Source: Planctomycetota bacterium
GTDB taxonomy: Bacteria; Planctomycetota; MHYJ01; JACPRB01
Direction: 5' to 3'
NCBI GenBank assembly: GCA_016190175.1
Contig: JACPRC010000147.1
Span: forward strand, 1,021 to 65,020
DNA length: 64,000 nt
Made by a program: the position numbers and the translations under genes. This document shows, in pieces, positions 1 to 8,387 of this stretch (position 1 is its first letter; every line of letters starts with the position of its first letter). Below the pieces are notes generated by a model. It was not told where the DNA came from, ran no database searches, and saw only the letters and a program-made list of their open reading frames with translations.

Positions 1-1713
1 GATCGGCTCTCCGGTCGGGACGCTCCAGATGCGCGCCGTCTTGTCCCAGCCTGCCGTGGCCAGTCGTTTCGAGTCGGGGCTGAACGCGACGCTCTGGACC
101 GTGCCTGAGTGCGGCATGGGCTTTCCGACCGGATCTCCGGTCGAAGCACTCCAGATCCGGGCCGTGCGATCTTTGCTGGCCGTCGCAATCCACAGCCCGT
201 CGGGGCTGAGGATCGCCATCGTGACCGGCTGTTCGTGAACCAGGATCGTCTGGAGTCCCGGCAAGCTCCGCACCGCGCGAACGGCGTTCGCCCGCGCAGG
301 GTCCGAGGCGTGTGCCGAAAAGGACTCGACATGGAAGATCGCCGCCGCGGCATCGTCGCCGGATCCGGCCGCCTGCCGGGCCTGCATGCGATAGACGTGC
401 GAGAGCCGTTCGTTCGCGCGGTCTCTCTCGGTCCGGGTGCGGCGCTGTTCCGCCTCGACCTGTTCCCGCCCTTCCCTCTCCGCCCGCGCCTTCTCCCCCG
501 CGACCCTCGCCGCGTTCTCGGCCTCCCGCTTCGCCCGCAGGAGCTGCCATGTCCCGAACGCCGCCCCGCCCGCGATCGCCAGCACCATCGCCGCCCCGAA
601 CGCCCACAGGAGCGGCTGCTTGCGGATCTTCTTCCCCAGCACGTACGCGAACGTCGGCCGCCGCGCGTGGCGCAGCGGATTGCCGTTCAGGCACGCGTCG
701 AGATCCTCGATCATCTGCGCCGCATCGACGTAGCGGCGCTTCTGGTCCTTCTCCAGCGCCCGGATGATCACCGCCTCCACGTCCGGCGGCGTCGCCGGCG
801 CCAACCGCCGCGGCCACACCAGATCCGCCGTCACCACCTGCGTCAGCACGTCCGCCGAACTCTCCCCCGCGAACGGCGGCCTCCCCGTGAAGAGCTCGTA
901 GAGAATCGCCCCGATCGAGTAGACGTCGCTCTGCGCCGTCGCCTTTCCCCGCGCCTGCTCCGGCGCCATGTAGTTCGGCGTCCCCACCACCACGTTCGTC
1001 CCGGTCAGCGTTTCCCCCTCCACCGACGTCTCCTTCGCCAGCCCGAAATCCATCACGAACACCTGGCCGTTGCGGTCCAGCATCACGTTCGTCGGCTTCA
1101 GGTCCCGGTGGATCACCTTCCGCTCGTGCGCGCACCTCACCGCCTCCGCGATCTTCGCGACGGCGCGCAGCTTCTCCTCCGTCTTCAGCTTCGCCTTCGA
1201 CAACGTCTCCCCGTCCACGAACTGCATCGCGATGAACGGCGACCCGTCCTGCTCCCCGATCTCGTAGATCTTCGCGATGTTCGGATGGTCCAGCGCCGCC
1301 GCGAGCTGCGCCTCCCGCCGGAAGAACGCCCGCGCCTGCTCGTCCCCGATCTGCTTGAGGAACTTCAGCGCCACCCACTGCCGCAGCTCCGGCTCCCATC
1401 CGCGGTAGACAAGCCCCATGCCGCCGGAGCCGAGGGGGGCGACGCGCCAGTAGCGCCCGACGCGGTTCGCCGGGTCCTTCATTGCCTCGGCCGCCTCGGG
1501 TGGGACGGGGCGCGAGGGCGGCTCCTGAAGCTCGCGGAGGCGTTCGGGCGTAAGGGGCAGGTGCGCCAGGAGGCGCGTCCCGGGGTCGCGGTCGCGCGAC
1601 ACCATCGCGGCCTCGACCTGCTCGCGCGTGAGCCACCCGCGATCGACCGCGCGCTTCGCGAGCGCGAAGTCCGCGTCCGAGTCGGGGCCTGTAACGGGAG
1701 CAGTATCGGACAC
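1..1713 (-). CDS. Hanks-type Ser/Thr protein kinase with C-terminal WD40 repeats (partial, runs off window start)
   Basis: Not in the ORF track because it has no stop in the window. Manual minus-strand translation from GTG 1713 gives LGSGGMGLVY, VIHRDLKPTNV, VMDFGLAK, GTPNYMAPEQ, SDVYSIGA, a hydrophobic helix, then a WD40 unit (HSGTVQSVAFSPDSKRLATAGWDKTARIW). Confidence 0.93.
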   Translation of the reverse strand, partial: MSDTAPVTGPDSDADFALAKRAVDRGWLTREQVEAAMVSRDRDPGTRLLAHLPLTPERLRELQEPPSRPVPPEAAEAMKDPANRVGRYWRVAPLGSGGMGLVYRGWEPELRQWVALKFLKQIGDEQARAFFRREAQLAAALDHPNIAKIYEIGEQDGSPFIAMQFVDGETLSKAKLKTEEKLRAVAKIAEAVRCAHERKVIHRDLKPTNVMLDRNGQVFVMDFGLAKETSVEGETLTGTNVVVGTPNYMAPEQARGKATAQSDVYSIGAILYELFTGRPPFAGESSADVLTQVVTADLVWPRRLAPATPPDVEAVIIRALEKDQKRRYVDAAQMIEDLDACLNGNPLRHARRPTFAYVLGKKIRKQPLLWAFGAAMVLAIAGGAAFGTWQLLRAKREAENAARVAGEKARAEREGREQVEAEQRRTRTERDRANERLSHVYRMQARQAAGSGDDAAAAIFHVESFSAHASDPARANAVRAVRSLPGLQTILVHEQPVTMAILSPDGLWIATASKDRTARIWSASTGDPVGKPMPHSGTVQSVAFSPDSKRLATAGWDKTARIWSVPTGEPI

Positions 1714-1901
1714 GATTCGATGGGATTATACCCCGGCAGGGTGCCTTGCGCGGTTCCGGTTCCGGGGATATCATTCCTGGGTCTTTATCCGCAACATCCG
1801 CGCGCCCGATGCGGATACCACTTGGGGTCCGGTGCATTCCCCGATGGGGACGGCAGGGCCGACGGTCGGTTGCGGGCAAGATCCCGCATCAGGGGAGACG
1901 A

Positions 1902-2339
1902 ATGGCGGACGACGCTTCGACGCTCGATCGACGCTCGTTTCTCGCCACGGTCCTGCGCGCCGCCGGCGTGCTGGCGCCCGCTTCGCTCCTCCTGTCCGGC
2001 CGGCTTCCATGGCTCGATGGCGACGAGACCCGGCTGGATGCCGCGCGGGTGCCCGTCTGGCATCCTGAATGCACAGGGACGAACGATCTTCGGTGCGTGA
2101 CCGTCTCCCGCGACCGGGCCGGCGGCTCGCGCTCCGAGATCCGACTCGAGGGCGCGGCGGCCCGCCTCTGGTGCCTCTGCGGCGGACGCTACTCGGAGAC
2201 CGAGCTGGCGGCGCGGGTCGCCGAGGGCGAGCCGTGGGTCGCCCCCTTCCTTTTCGCCCTGTACGCACTCGGGTATCTCGTGCGCCTGAACGCGGAGGAT
2301 CGCGTCGGCCTCTGGAGTCGAGAGGTCGAAATCGCATGA
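1902..2339 (+). CDS. Stand-alone PqqD/RRE-like peptide chaperone with N-terminal twin-arginine (Tat)-like signal
   Basis: ATG 1902 follows GGGGAG. N-terminus has DRRSFL plus a hydrophobic stretch. C-terminus LEGAAARLWCLCGGRYSETELAARV...VAPFLFALYALGYL fits the PqqD winged-helix pattern. ATGA overlap with the next gene. Confidence 0.75.
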   Translation: MADDASTLDRRSFLATVLRAAGVLAPASLLLSGRLPWLDGDETRLDAARVPVWHPECTGTNDLRCVTVSRDRAGGSRSEIRLEGAAARLWCLCGGRYSETELAARVAEGEPWVAPFLFALYALGYLVRLNAEDRVGLWSREVEIA

Positions 2340-3724
2340 CCGACCGGTACGTCCTGACGACCGAGTTCTTCGCGGTCCCGTACTGCGAGGACACGTTCCT
2401 CCTCTACTCGCCGCTCAAGCAGATCCTGATCCTCGCGAACACGGAGATGGTGGACATGGTCGCGGCGCTCCGCGACGGCACGTTCGCCGGCGTGGACGGC
2501 GCCAACATGGACGCGATGCAGCTCCTCCTCGAGTCCGGCGCGATCAACGGCACCCCGGATGAACCGCCGCGGCGTCCGCCGGCGGCCGAGTGGAAGCCCA
2601 CCGAGGTCACGCTCTTCCTCACCAACGCGTGCAACCTCCGCTGCTCCTACTGCTACGCCTCGGGAGGGGATTCCTCCGGCACGATGGAGGTCGCAACCGC
2701 CCTGGCGGCGGTGGACCTCGTCGTCCGCAACGCATCCGAACTGCATGCACCGGAGGTCCGCGTCTCCTACCACGGCGGCGGCGAGCCCACGCTGACATGG
2801 GAAGCGCTGACCGCGAGCGCGCTCCGCGCCGAGGAGTCCGCCGCGCGCCACGGACTGCGCGCTTCGATCAACCTGGCTACCAACGGCGTCATGCCCGCGC
2901 GGAAGGTGGACTGGCTCGTGCGCCACGTCCACGAGTTCTCCGTCTCGTGGGACGGACCCGCGTGGGTGCAGGACCTCCACCGCCCGACGGCCGCGGGCCG
3001 CGGCTCGGCCGAGACGGTCGAGGCCACGATGCGCCATCTCGACAGCCACGGCGCGCGCTGGGGCGTTCGTCTCACCGTCACCGAGACCGGCGTGGACCGA
3101 CTCGAGGAGATCGTCGAGTACCTCCTGCGCCGGTTCTCGCCCTCGACGGTCCACATCGAGCCGCTCTTCGCGCACGGTCGCGCGCGGGAGCGGGGCCTGC
3201 GCGCCCCGCATGCGCGCGCGTTCGTGGAGAACTTCCGGAAGGCGCAGCGCGTCGCCGATCGGCGCGGGATCGACCTCTACTATTCCGGCGCCCGGTCCGA
3301 GCTGGTCACCGACACGTTCTGCGCCGTGCCGGAGGGGACCTTCAACGTCACGCCGGAGGGACTCCTGACGTCGTGCTTCGAAGCCTGCCGTCCGGGCGAC
3401 CCGTTCGTCTACGGCGCGTTCGAAGGCGGCGAATTCAGGATCTCGCGCCCGAAACTCGACGCGCTGGCCGCACACACGGTGGAGGCGCGACCCGAATGCG
3501 CCCGCTGCTTCTGCAAGCGGCACTGCGCCGGCGACTGCGCCGCGAAGAACCTGACGTCGGACCTTCATCCGGACGAGAGACTCAAGGCCGCGCGCTGCGC
3601 GATCAACCAGGAGCTGACCCGCGACCAGCTCGTGCGGCGGCTGCGGGAGAAGAGCCGGATGATGGCGCAGGTAGAGGCCATGCTCGGTGCGCCCCCGGCC
3701 CTCGAGGAGATGCGTCATGCCTGA
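2336..3724 (+). CDS. Radical SAM/SPASM peptide maturase
   Basis: CNLRCSYC (CX3CX2C) and YHGGGEPTL. SPASM cysteines FC..SC..CARCFCKRHCAGDC..RC. N-terminal ~80-aa extension may be an RRE. Confidence 0.93.
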   Translation: MTDRYVLTTEFFAVPYCEDTFLLYSPLKQILILANTEMVDMVAALRDGTFAGVDGANMDAMQLLLESGAINGTPDEPPRRPPAAEWKPTEVTLFLTNACNLRCSYCYASGGDSSGTMEVATALAAVDLVVRNASELHAPEVRVSYHGGGEPTLTWEALTASALRAEESAARHGLRASINLATNGVMPARKVDWLVRHVHEFSVSWDGPAWVQDLHRPTAAGRGSAETVEATMRHLDSHGARWGVRLTVTETGVDRLEEIVEYLLRRFSPSTVHIEPLFAHGRARERGLRAPHARAFVENFRKAQRVADRRGIDLYYSGARSELVTDTFCAVPEGTFNVTPEGLLTSCFEACRPGDPFVYGAFEGGEFRISRPKLDALAAHTVEARPECARCFCKRHCAGDCAAKNLTSDLHPDERLKAARCAINQELTRDQLVRRLREKSRMMAQVEAMLGAPPALEEMRHA

Positions 3725-4094
3725 TCCCAACGACTTCGCGCCGCGCCAGTCCGGGAAGGAGAAGCGCAAGGGCCCGAAGGCCCACGCGTTCGTGAAGCCG
3801 GACCTCGAGGTCCACATCGACGAGCGGCAGCTCCAGCGCAAGGACGACGACCTCGTGCTCGTCTGCCGGTGCGACACCGTCTGCACCTGCAACACGGTCG
3901 TCACCGGCCGCACGCGCTGCCGCTGCGACACGGTGTCGAAGTGCACCTGCGAGGCGGTCCAGACCTGCACCTGCAACACGGTGATGGTCTGCTCCTGCGA
4001 TTCCGTGAAGAAGAGCTCGTGCAGTTGCGACAGCCATTCGCCGGGCGGGGGCGGCTCGCGCGTGTGCCGCTGCGTCCCGGTCCGGGCGCATTGA
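3717..4094 (+). CDS. Putative RiPP precursor (125 aa): charged leader with FVKPDL motif, core with 8 CxC repeats (16 Cys)
   Basis: GAGGAG RBS before ATG 3717 and 8-nt overlap with the rSAM gene. Core units CRCDTV, CTCNTV, CRCDTV, CTCEAV, CTCNTV, CSCDSV, CSCDSH, CRCVPV. Lies between two rSAM/SPASM genes. Confidence 0.85.
   Translation: MPDPNDFAPRQSGKEKRKGPKAHAFVKPDLEVHIDERQLQRKDDDLVLVCRCDTVCTCNTVVTGRTRCRCDTVSKCTCEAVQTCTCNTVMVCSCDSVKKSSCSCDSHSPGGGGSRVCRCVPVRAH
3864..4082 (+). repeat. Eight degenerate 18-bp coding repeats (TGC-NNN-TGC-...) within the precursor core
   Basis: e.g. tgccggtgcgacaccgtc, tgcacctgcaacacggtc, tgccgctgcgacacggtg, tgcacctgcaacacggtg. Confidence 0.85.
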
Positions 4095-4101
4095 GCCGGA
4101 T

Positions 4102-5211
4102 ATGACCAAACCGGGAACGATGGCGAAGGACGGGACGCTCTACGACCCCGTCGCGGACTTCCGCTTCCGCCCCGGCCCGGACGACCGCGCGTGGGACGGA
4201 GGCCGGCTGCGGTTCGACCGCTACCACGCGGCGCAGCGGTTCCGCCCGCATCAGGACGGTCGCGAGGTCAATCTGGAGATCAACTACCTCTGCCGCTACG
4301 CGTGCCGCCACTGCTTCCAATCGCTCCGGCCCGATTCGTATCCCGAGGCGACGCCCGATGCGGCGGCCGTGATCGCCGCGGCGGAGCGCGTCGCGGCGGC
4401 CGAGGAGATCTCGATCACGGGCGGCGACATCTTCCTCCAGCCGGCGGTCTGGGAGGCGCTCGACTTCCTGCAGGAGCGCGCGCCCCGCGCGACGATCCGG
4501 CTCCTCGTGAACGGCGGCGGATTCGACGACGAAGTCCGCCGGCGCCTGGCGCGACTCGAAGGGCGGCGGATCATCGTCAAGTCGGACTTCTACGGGCACA
4601 ATCCCCGCCTCCACGACGAGTTCACCGGCGTGCCGGGTTCGTTCGACCGTCTTGTCCGCATCGCGCGGTTCCTCCGCGAGACCGGGATCGCGTTCGTCGC
4701 CGCGGCGGCGCTGACCCGCGCGGACTTCGAGACGCGCTTCGAGCTGGTCGGATTCCTCGGCGATCTCACCGAGGATCGATTCACCGTCGCGTCCGCGATC
4801 CACCCGGGTCGCTCCGCCGACGAGGCGCGTCTCCTGCCGGAGCAGTTCGCGGAGCTCATGGAGGAGCGGTTCTTCGCGCCGCTGGCCGCGGAGTATCACT
4901 CGTTCGAGCCGCAGTGCGCCGGCGACTGCCAGTTCGCGGTCGTGTCTGCGAACGGAAAGGCGTGGGGTTGCTCGTTCCTGAAGCTCGACTCGGAGCCGAT
5001 CGCCGCCTGGCGCGAGCGGGCCGTCGCGGCCGCGTCCACGGCGGACTGCGCGACCTGCTCGGCCCGCGCCACGTGTCGCCGATGCCCCTCCTTCCTCGCG
5101 GCCCGGGATTCCTATTGCCGCTTCGTGCGGCTCGCGCATCCGGGTCTCCTCGAGCGCGTCCGCCGCGCGCAAGAGGAAGGCTTCGCGTTCGTCCATCCCG
5201 GGAGATCGTGA
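4102..5211 (+). CDS. Second radical SAM/SPASM enzyme (PqqE-like)
   Basis: CRYACRHC, ITGGD and HDEFTGVPGSF. C-terminal CAGDC..GC..CATCSARATCRRC..YC SPASM motif. Confidence 0.9.
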   Translation: MTKPGTMAKDGTLYDPVADFRFRPGPDDRAWDGGRLRFDRYHAAQRFRPHQDGREVNLEINYLCRYACRHCFQSLRPDSYPEATPDAAAVIAAAERVAAAEEISITGGDIFLQPAVWEALDFLQERAPRATIRLLVNGGGFDDEVRRRLARLEGRRIIVKSDFYGHNPRLHDEFTGVPGSFDRLVRIARFLRETGIAFVAAAALTRADFETRFELVGFLGDLTEDRFTVASAIHPGRSADEARLLPEQFAELMEERFFAPLAAEYHSFEPQCAGDCQFAVVSANGKAWGCSFLKLDSEPIAAWRERAVAAASTADCATCSARATCRRCPSFLAARDSYCRFVRLAHPGLLERVRRAQEEGFAFVHPGRS

Positions 5212-5214
5212 ACC

Positions 5215-5460
5215 ATGGCGACACAGGGATCGAACAAGGACGCCGCGCTGGGATGCGGATGTCTGATCCTCATCCTCGTCGCCGTCGTGGTCCTCGTCCT
5301 CAAGGGATGCTCGGGCTGCGGCTGCAGCCGGAAGTCCGAACCCCAATCCAAGTACGAGAACACGCGCAAGGTCGAGCAGGTCCGGGAGGAAGAGCCCGAG
5401 AAGATCCAGAAGAATGAAAGCCGGTACGATCGGGTCCCGCGATCGAAGGTCAAGAAATGA
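5215..5460 (+). CDS. Small single-pass membrane protein with Cys clusters flanking the TM helix
   Basis: GCGC-LILILVAVVVLVLK-GCSGCGC followed by a charged tail. 3-nt gap upstream, ATGA overlap downstream. Confidence 0.7.
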   Translation: MATQGSNKDAALGCGCLILILVAVVVLVLKGCSGCGCSRKSEPQSKYENTRKVEQVREEEPEKIQKNESRYDRVPRSKVKK

Positions 5461-6902
5461 GATGCGCGCTGGTCCGTCCCGCCCACCGCTCCTCGGGCTA
5501 CGACGAGGGGACGCAGGAATGCCTCGGGATCGGCTACGTCGGCGCCGTCCTGCGGGAGCGCGGACACGAGGTCGTCGTCGTGGACGCCGAGATGGAGAAG
5601 CTGGCGGACCGCGAGGCTTTCGAGCGCGTGGCCGCGTCCGATCCCGGCCTGATCGGTTTCTCCGTGATGAGCGAGGACGCGCTGGACAGCCTGCGACGGC
5701 TCGCGCGCGACCTGCGGGAGGCGTTTCCGCGGGCGCATCTCACCGCGGGAGGCAACCTGCCCAGCTTCGACCCCGAGTGGATCCTGCGGCTCTGCCCCGG
5801 CATCGACAGCGTGATCCGATTCGAGGGCGAGCGACCGCTGCTGGAACTCGCCGAACGACTCCGGAGCGGGAGGGACTTCCGGGCCGTTCCGCCGGCGGCA
5901 TCCGTGGACGACCTGGACGCGCTGCCGTTCCCGATCCGCGACACGCTGCCCATCGCGCTGAAGAACGGGTGGATGGCGCCCATCTCGTCGAGCCGCGGGT
6001 GCCACGCGAGGTGCTCCTTCTGCGCCGTGCATCGCTTCAACCTCGATCCCGCACGACCCTGGCGGTTCCGCAGTCCCGCCGGGGTCGCGGACGAGATCGA
6101 CGGGCTCGTCGCGGACTTCGGCGTCCGCGAGGTCAACTTCGTGGACGACGATTTCATCGGCAACCGGAAGCAGGGGCAGCCGCGCGCGCGCGAGCTGGCC
6201 GCCGAGTTGATCCGCCGCGGATTGAAAGTCGGTTTCTCGCTGCAGTGCCGCGCCGAGTGGATCGATCGCGCCACCTTCCGCCCGCTCAAGGCCGCCGGGC
6301 TCCGGATGGTCTTCTTCGGCGTCGAGGCCGTGGACGAGGAGAGCCGCCGGAGATACGGGAAGCCGCAGTCGCGCGAGCTCGTGCGGCGCACGCTGGAGCT
6401 GCTCGACGAGCTGGACGTGTACGCCCACGTCGGCTTCATCATGTTCAACCCCTGGACCCGCCTGGAGGACGTGCGCGAGGCCGTGGAGTTCCTGCGCGAC
6501 ATCGGCCATCTCAACATCCACACCGCGACGAATTTCCTCCAGTTGAGTCCGGGGACGCCGCTGCTGGAACCGCTCGCCGCCGGCGGCATGGCGTTCCGCG
6601 AGCCGCACGGAGGCTACCGCTGGTCGTTCGCCGATCCCCGCACCGCGTCGGTGAAGGCGGTCTTCGATCGCGTGCTCTGGCCGCAGTTCCCCGCCTGGTA
6701 CGAGTCGCTGATGGCGAAGTGGAGCGTGCTGACGGCGCGGCGGTCGGACGAACGATGCGCGCATGACCTGCGCCGCATGGACGACCTCGTCCACGATGTG
6801 GCGATCCGCACGCTCGACGCGATCGAGTCGGACCCCGGGGTCGATCTCTTCGCGCTGGTGCGCGAGCTTTCGGAAAGGACGGCATGCGCAGCGCGCTCCT
6901 GA
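5457..6902 (+). CDS. Cobalamin (B12)-binding radical SAM enzyme (class B methyltransferase-like)
   Basis: N-terminal B12-binding domain (LGIGYVGAVLRERGHEV, GGNLPS, FEGE). SSRGCHARCSFC, FVDDDF, FFGVE, GFIMFNP. Confidence 0.93.
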   Translation: MRCALVRPAHRSSGYDEGTQECLGIGYVGAVLRERGHEVVVVDAEMEKLADREAFERVAASDPGLIGFSVMSEDALDSLRRLARDLREAFPRAHLTAGGNLPSFDPEWILRLCPGIDSVIRFEGERPLLELAERLRSGRDFRAVPPAASVDDLDALPFPIRDTLPIALKNGWMAPISSSRGCHARCSFCAVHRFNLDPARPWRFRSPAGVADEIDGLVADFGVREVNFVDDDFIGNRKQGQPRARELAAELIRRGLKVGFSLQCRAEWIDRATFRPLKAAGLRMVFFGVEAVDEESRRRYGKPQSRELVRRTLELLDELDVYAHVGFIMFNPWTRLEDVREAVEFLRDIGHLNIHTATNFLQLSPGTPLLEPLAAGGMAFREPHGGYRWSFADPRTASVKAVFDRVLWPQFPAWYESLMAKWSVLTARRSDERCAHDLRRMDDLVHDVAIRTLDAIESDPGVDLFALVRELSERTACAARS

Positions 6903-8002
6903 TCGCCTGTCTTCTCGCGCAGGACCCGGCGGAGGATTTCGCGCGGGCCGTCTCCGAGATGAAGGCGAAGCGATGGGAGGAGGGGCGCGCCATCCTGGAC
7001 CGGCTCGTCCGCGCGCGGCCGGACGACCACGAGGCGCGCAACAACCTCGCGGTCTGTCTCATCAAGCTCCGCCGCTACGGCGAGGCGGAGTTCCACCTTC
7101 TGCGGGTTCTCCGGGCGGCGCCCGACAAGGCGGGGAGTCACTTGAACTTGGGCGTGGCTCGCCAGGGGAATTCGCAGACGGATCTGGCGTTGAAGGACAC
7201 GGATCGGGCCGTCGACATGGGCAAGGCGCAGCGGCCGCCGACGCCGGACCAGACCGCGGCCGCGCTCTTCAATCGAGGGTGGCTCCTCGACGAGCTTGAG
7301 CGGTACGAGGACGCGGTCGCGGCCTACAAGGAGGCCCTCGGGCTGCGTCCCGAATATCCCCGCGCGTGGCTCGGACTGGCCGTCGCGTACGCGAAGATGG
7401 GACGGTACAAGGACGCCCGCGAGGCGCTTCGGGAGGCGAAGAGCCGGGAGCGGCTCGATCCCGAGATCGCCCCGCTGATCGAGCGGAACGGAATCGTCAT
7501 CGCGGAGATCGAGACGGAGATCGCCCCCGCTCCGTCCCGAATCGCGATTCCGTCGCCTGATCCGGCCCCCGCGGCCGCCCCGCGCCGCACGTTCTTCGCC
7601 GACGGGATGATCGGCGTGACGGGACTGTGGGATCGATCGAGGGGCTGGTCCGTCTTCGGATACGCGCTGCTCCACTGCGTGCTCCTGGGCGCGGCGCTGG
7701 CGCTGCTCGGGTCGCGGCAGCGCGGCGCCTCCGCGCTCTTCGGGGGCGCGGCCGTCCTGCTATTCCTGACGAGCTGGGGGTTCGCGGGTTGGGGCAAGTG
7801 GGGCGGGCTGCTCCTCGCGGCGGCGGTCAGCGTCGCGGCGGCGGAGCTGATGCGGGCGCGCGCGAGGGCGGCGCCGGTCCCCGCGGCGCCCACCCACATC
7901 GCCTGGGAGTGCGCGGACTGCGGAAGGAAGCTGCGCGCGGCGGCGGAGATGGCGGGCAAGTCGATCCGGTGCCCGCAGTGCGGTTGCGTGAAGAGGTTGT
8001 AG
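6884..8002 (+). CDS. TPR-repeat membrane protein with C-terminal zinc ribbon
   Basis: Signal-like N-terminus, about 5 TPR units (ARNNLAVCL, SHLNLGVA, ALFNRGWL, AWLGLAVA), Pro-rich linker, about 3 TM segments, then CADC...CPQC. Overlaps the B12-rSAM gene by 19 nt. Confidence 0.8.
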   Translation: MRSALLIACLLAQDPAEDFARAVSEMKAKRWEEGRAILDRLVRARPDDHEARNNLAVCLIKLRRYGEAEFHLLRVLRAAPDKAGSHLNLGVARQGNSQTDLALKDTDRAVDMGKAQRPPTPDQTAAALFNRGWLLDELERYEDAVAAYKEALGLRPEYPRAWLGLAVAYAKMGRYKDAREALREAKSRERLDPEIAPLIERNGIVIAEIETEIAPAPSRIAIPSPDPAPAAAPRRTFFADGMIGVTGLWDRSRGWSVFGYALLHCVLLGAALALLGSRQRGASALFGGAAVLLFLTSWGFAGWGKWGGLLLAAAVSVAAAELMRARARAAPVPAAPTHIAWECADCGRKLRAAAEMAGKSIRCPQCGCVKRL

Positions 8003-8003
8003 G

Positions 8004-8360
8004 CTACGTTCGGGACCAGAGCCCGACGCGGTTCCCGTTGGGGTCGCGGAAGATCGCGAAGAAGCCCCACTCGGGCCCCACCTGGGTCTTCTCCTGGACG
8101 ACCGACCCGCCCGCGGCGCGCACCTCGTCCAGCGTCGCAGGAATGTCCGCCACTTTGAGGTAGATGAGGATCCCGCCGTCGACCACCGGCTTCCTCGGAT
8201 CCAGTCCGCCTTCGAGCGAGTTCTCGCCGGTGCGGAAGATGCGGTAGTCGCCCGAAGGCGCGACGGTCCATCCGAAGACCGCGTGGTAGAAAGTCCCGGC
8301 TTTCCCGAGATCGGGTGCGGGGATTTCGAGGTAGCAGATGGGGGCGGGCGCGTCAGCCAT
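8004..8360 (-). CDS. VOC/glyoxalase-bleomycin resistance family protein
   Basis: ICYLEIPAPD..FYHAVFGW..IYLKVADI..AAGG..FRDPNGNRVGL. Confidence 0.9.
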   Translation of the reverse strand: MADAPAPICYLEIPAPDLGKAGTFYHAVFGWTVAPSGDYRIFRTGENSLEGGLDPRKPVVDGGILIYLKVADIPATLDEVRAAGGSVVQEKTQVGPEWGFFAIFRDPNGNRVGLWSRT

Positions 8361-8387
8361 TCCAGTCCTCCTCTCGTGCGTATGCGC

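Noticed and set aside
109-2100. 663-aa plus-strand ORF
   Set aside because: It is the antisense shadow of the minus-strand kinase-WD40 gene, Arg/Pro-rich with no motifs.
3864-4082. Precursor DNA repeats as a CRISPR array or DGR template/variable repeat
   Set aside because: The units are 18 bp, degenerate at synonymous positions and in frame, with no unique spacers. No cas or reverse transcriptase gene is present in the window.
4092-4101. Sec readthrough of the precursor's UGA stop
   Set aside because: It is not at a Cys-motif position, the next gene starts 7 nt later, and no convincing SECIS hairpin follows.
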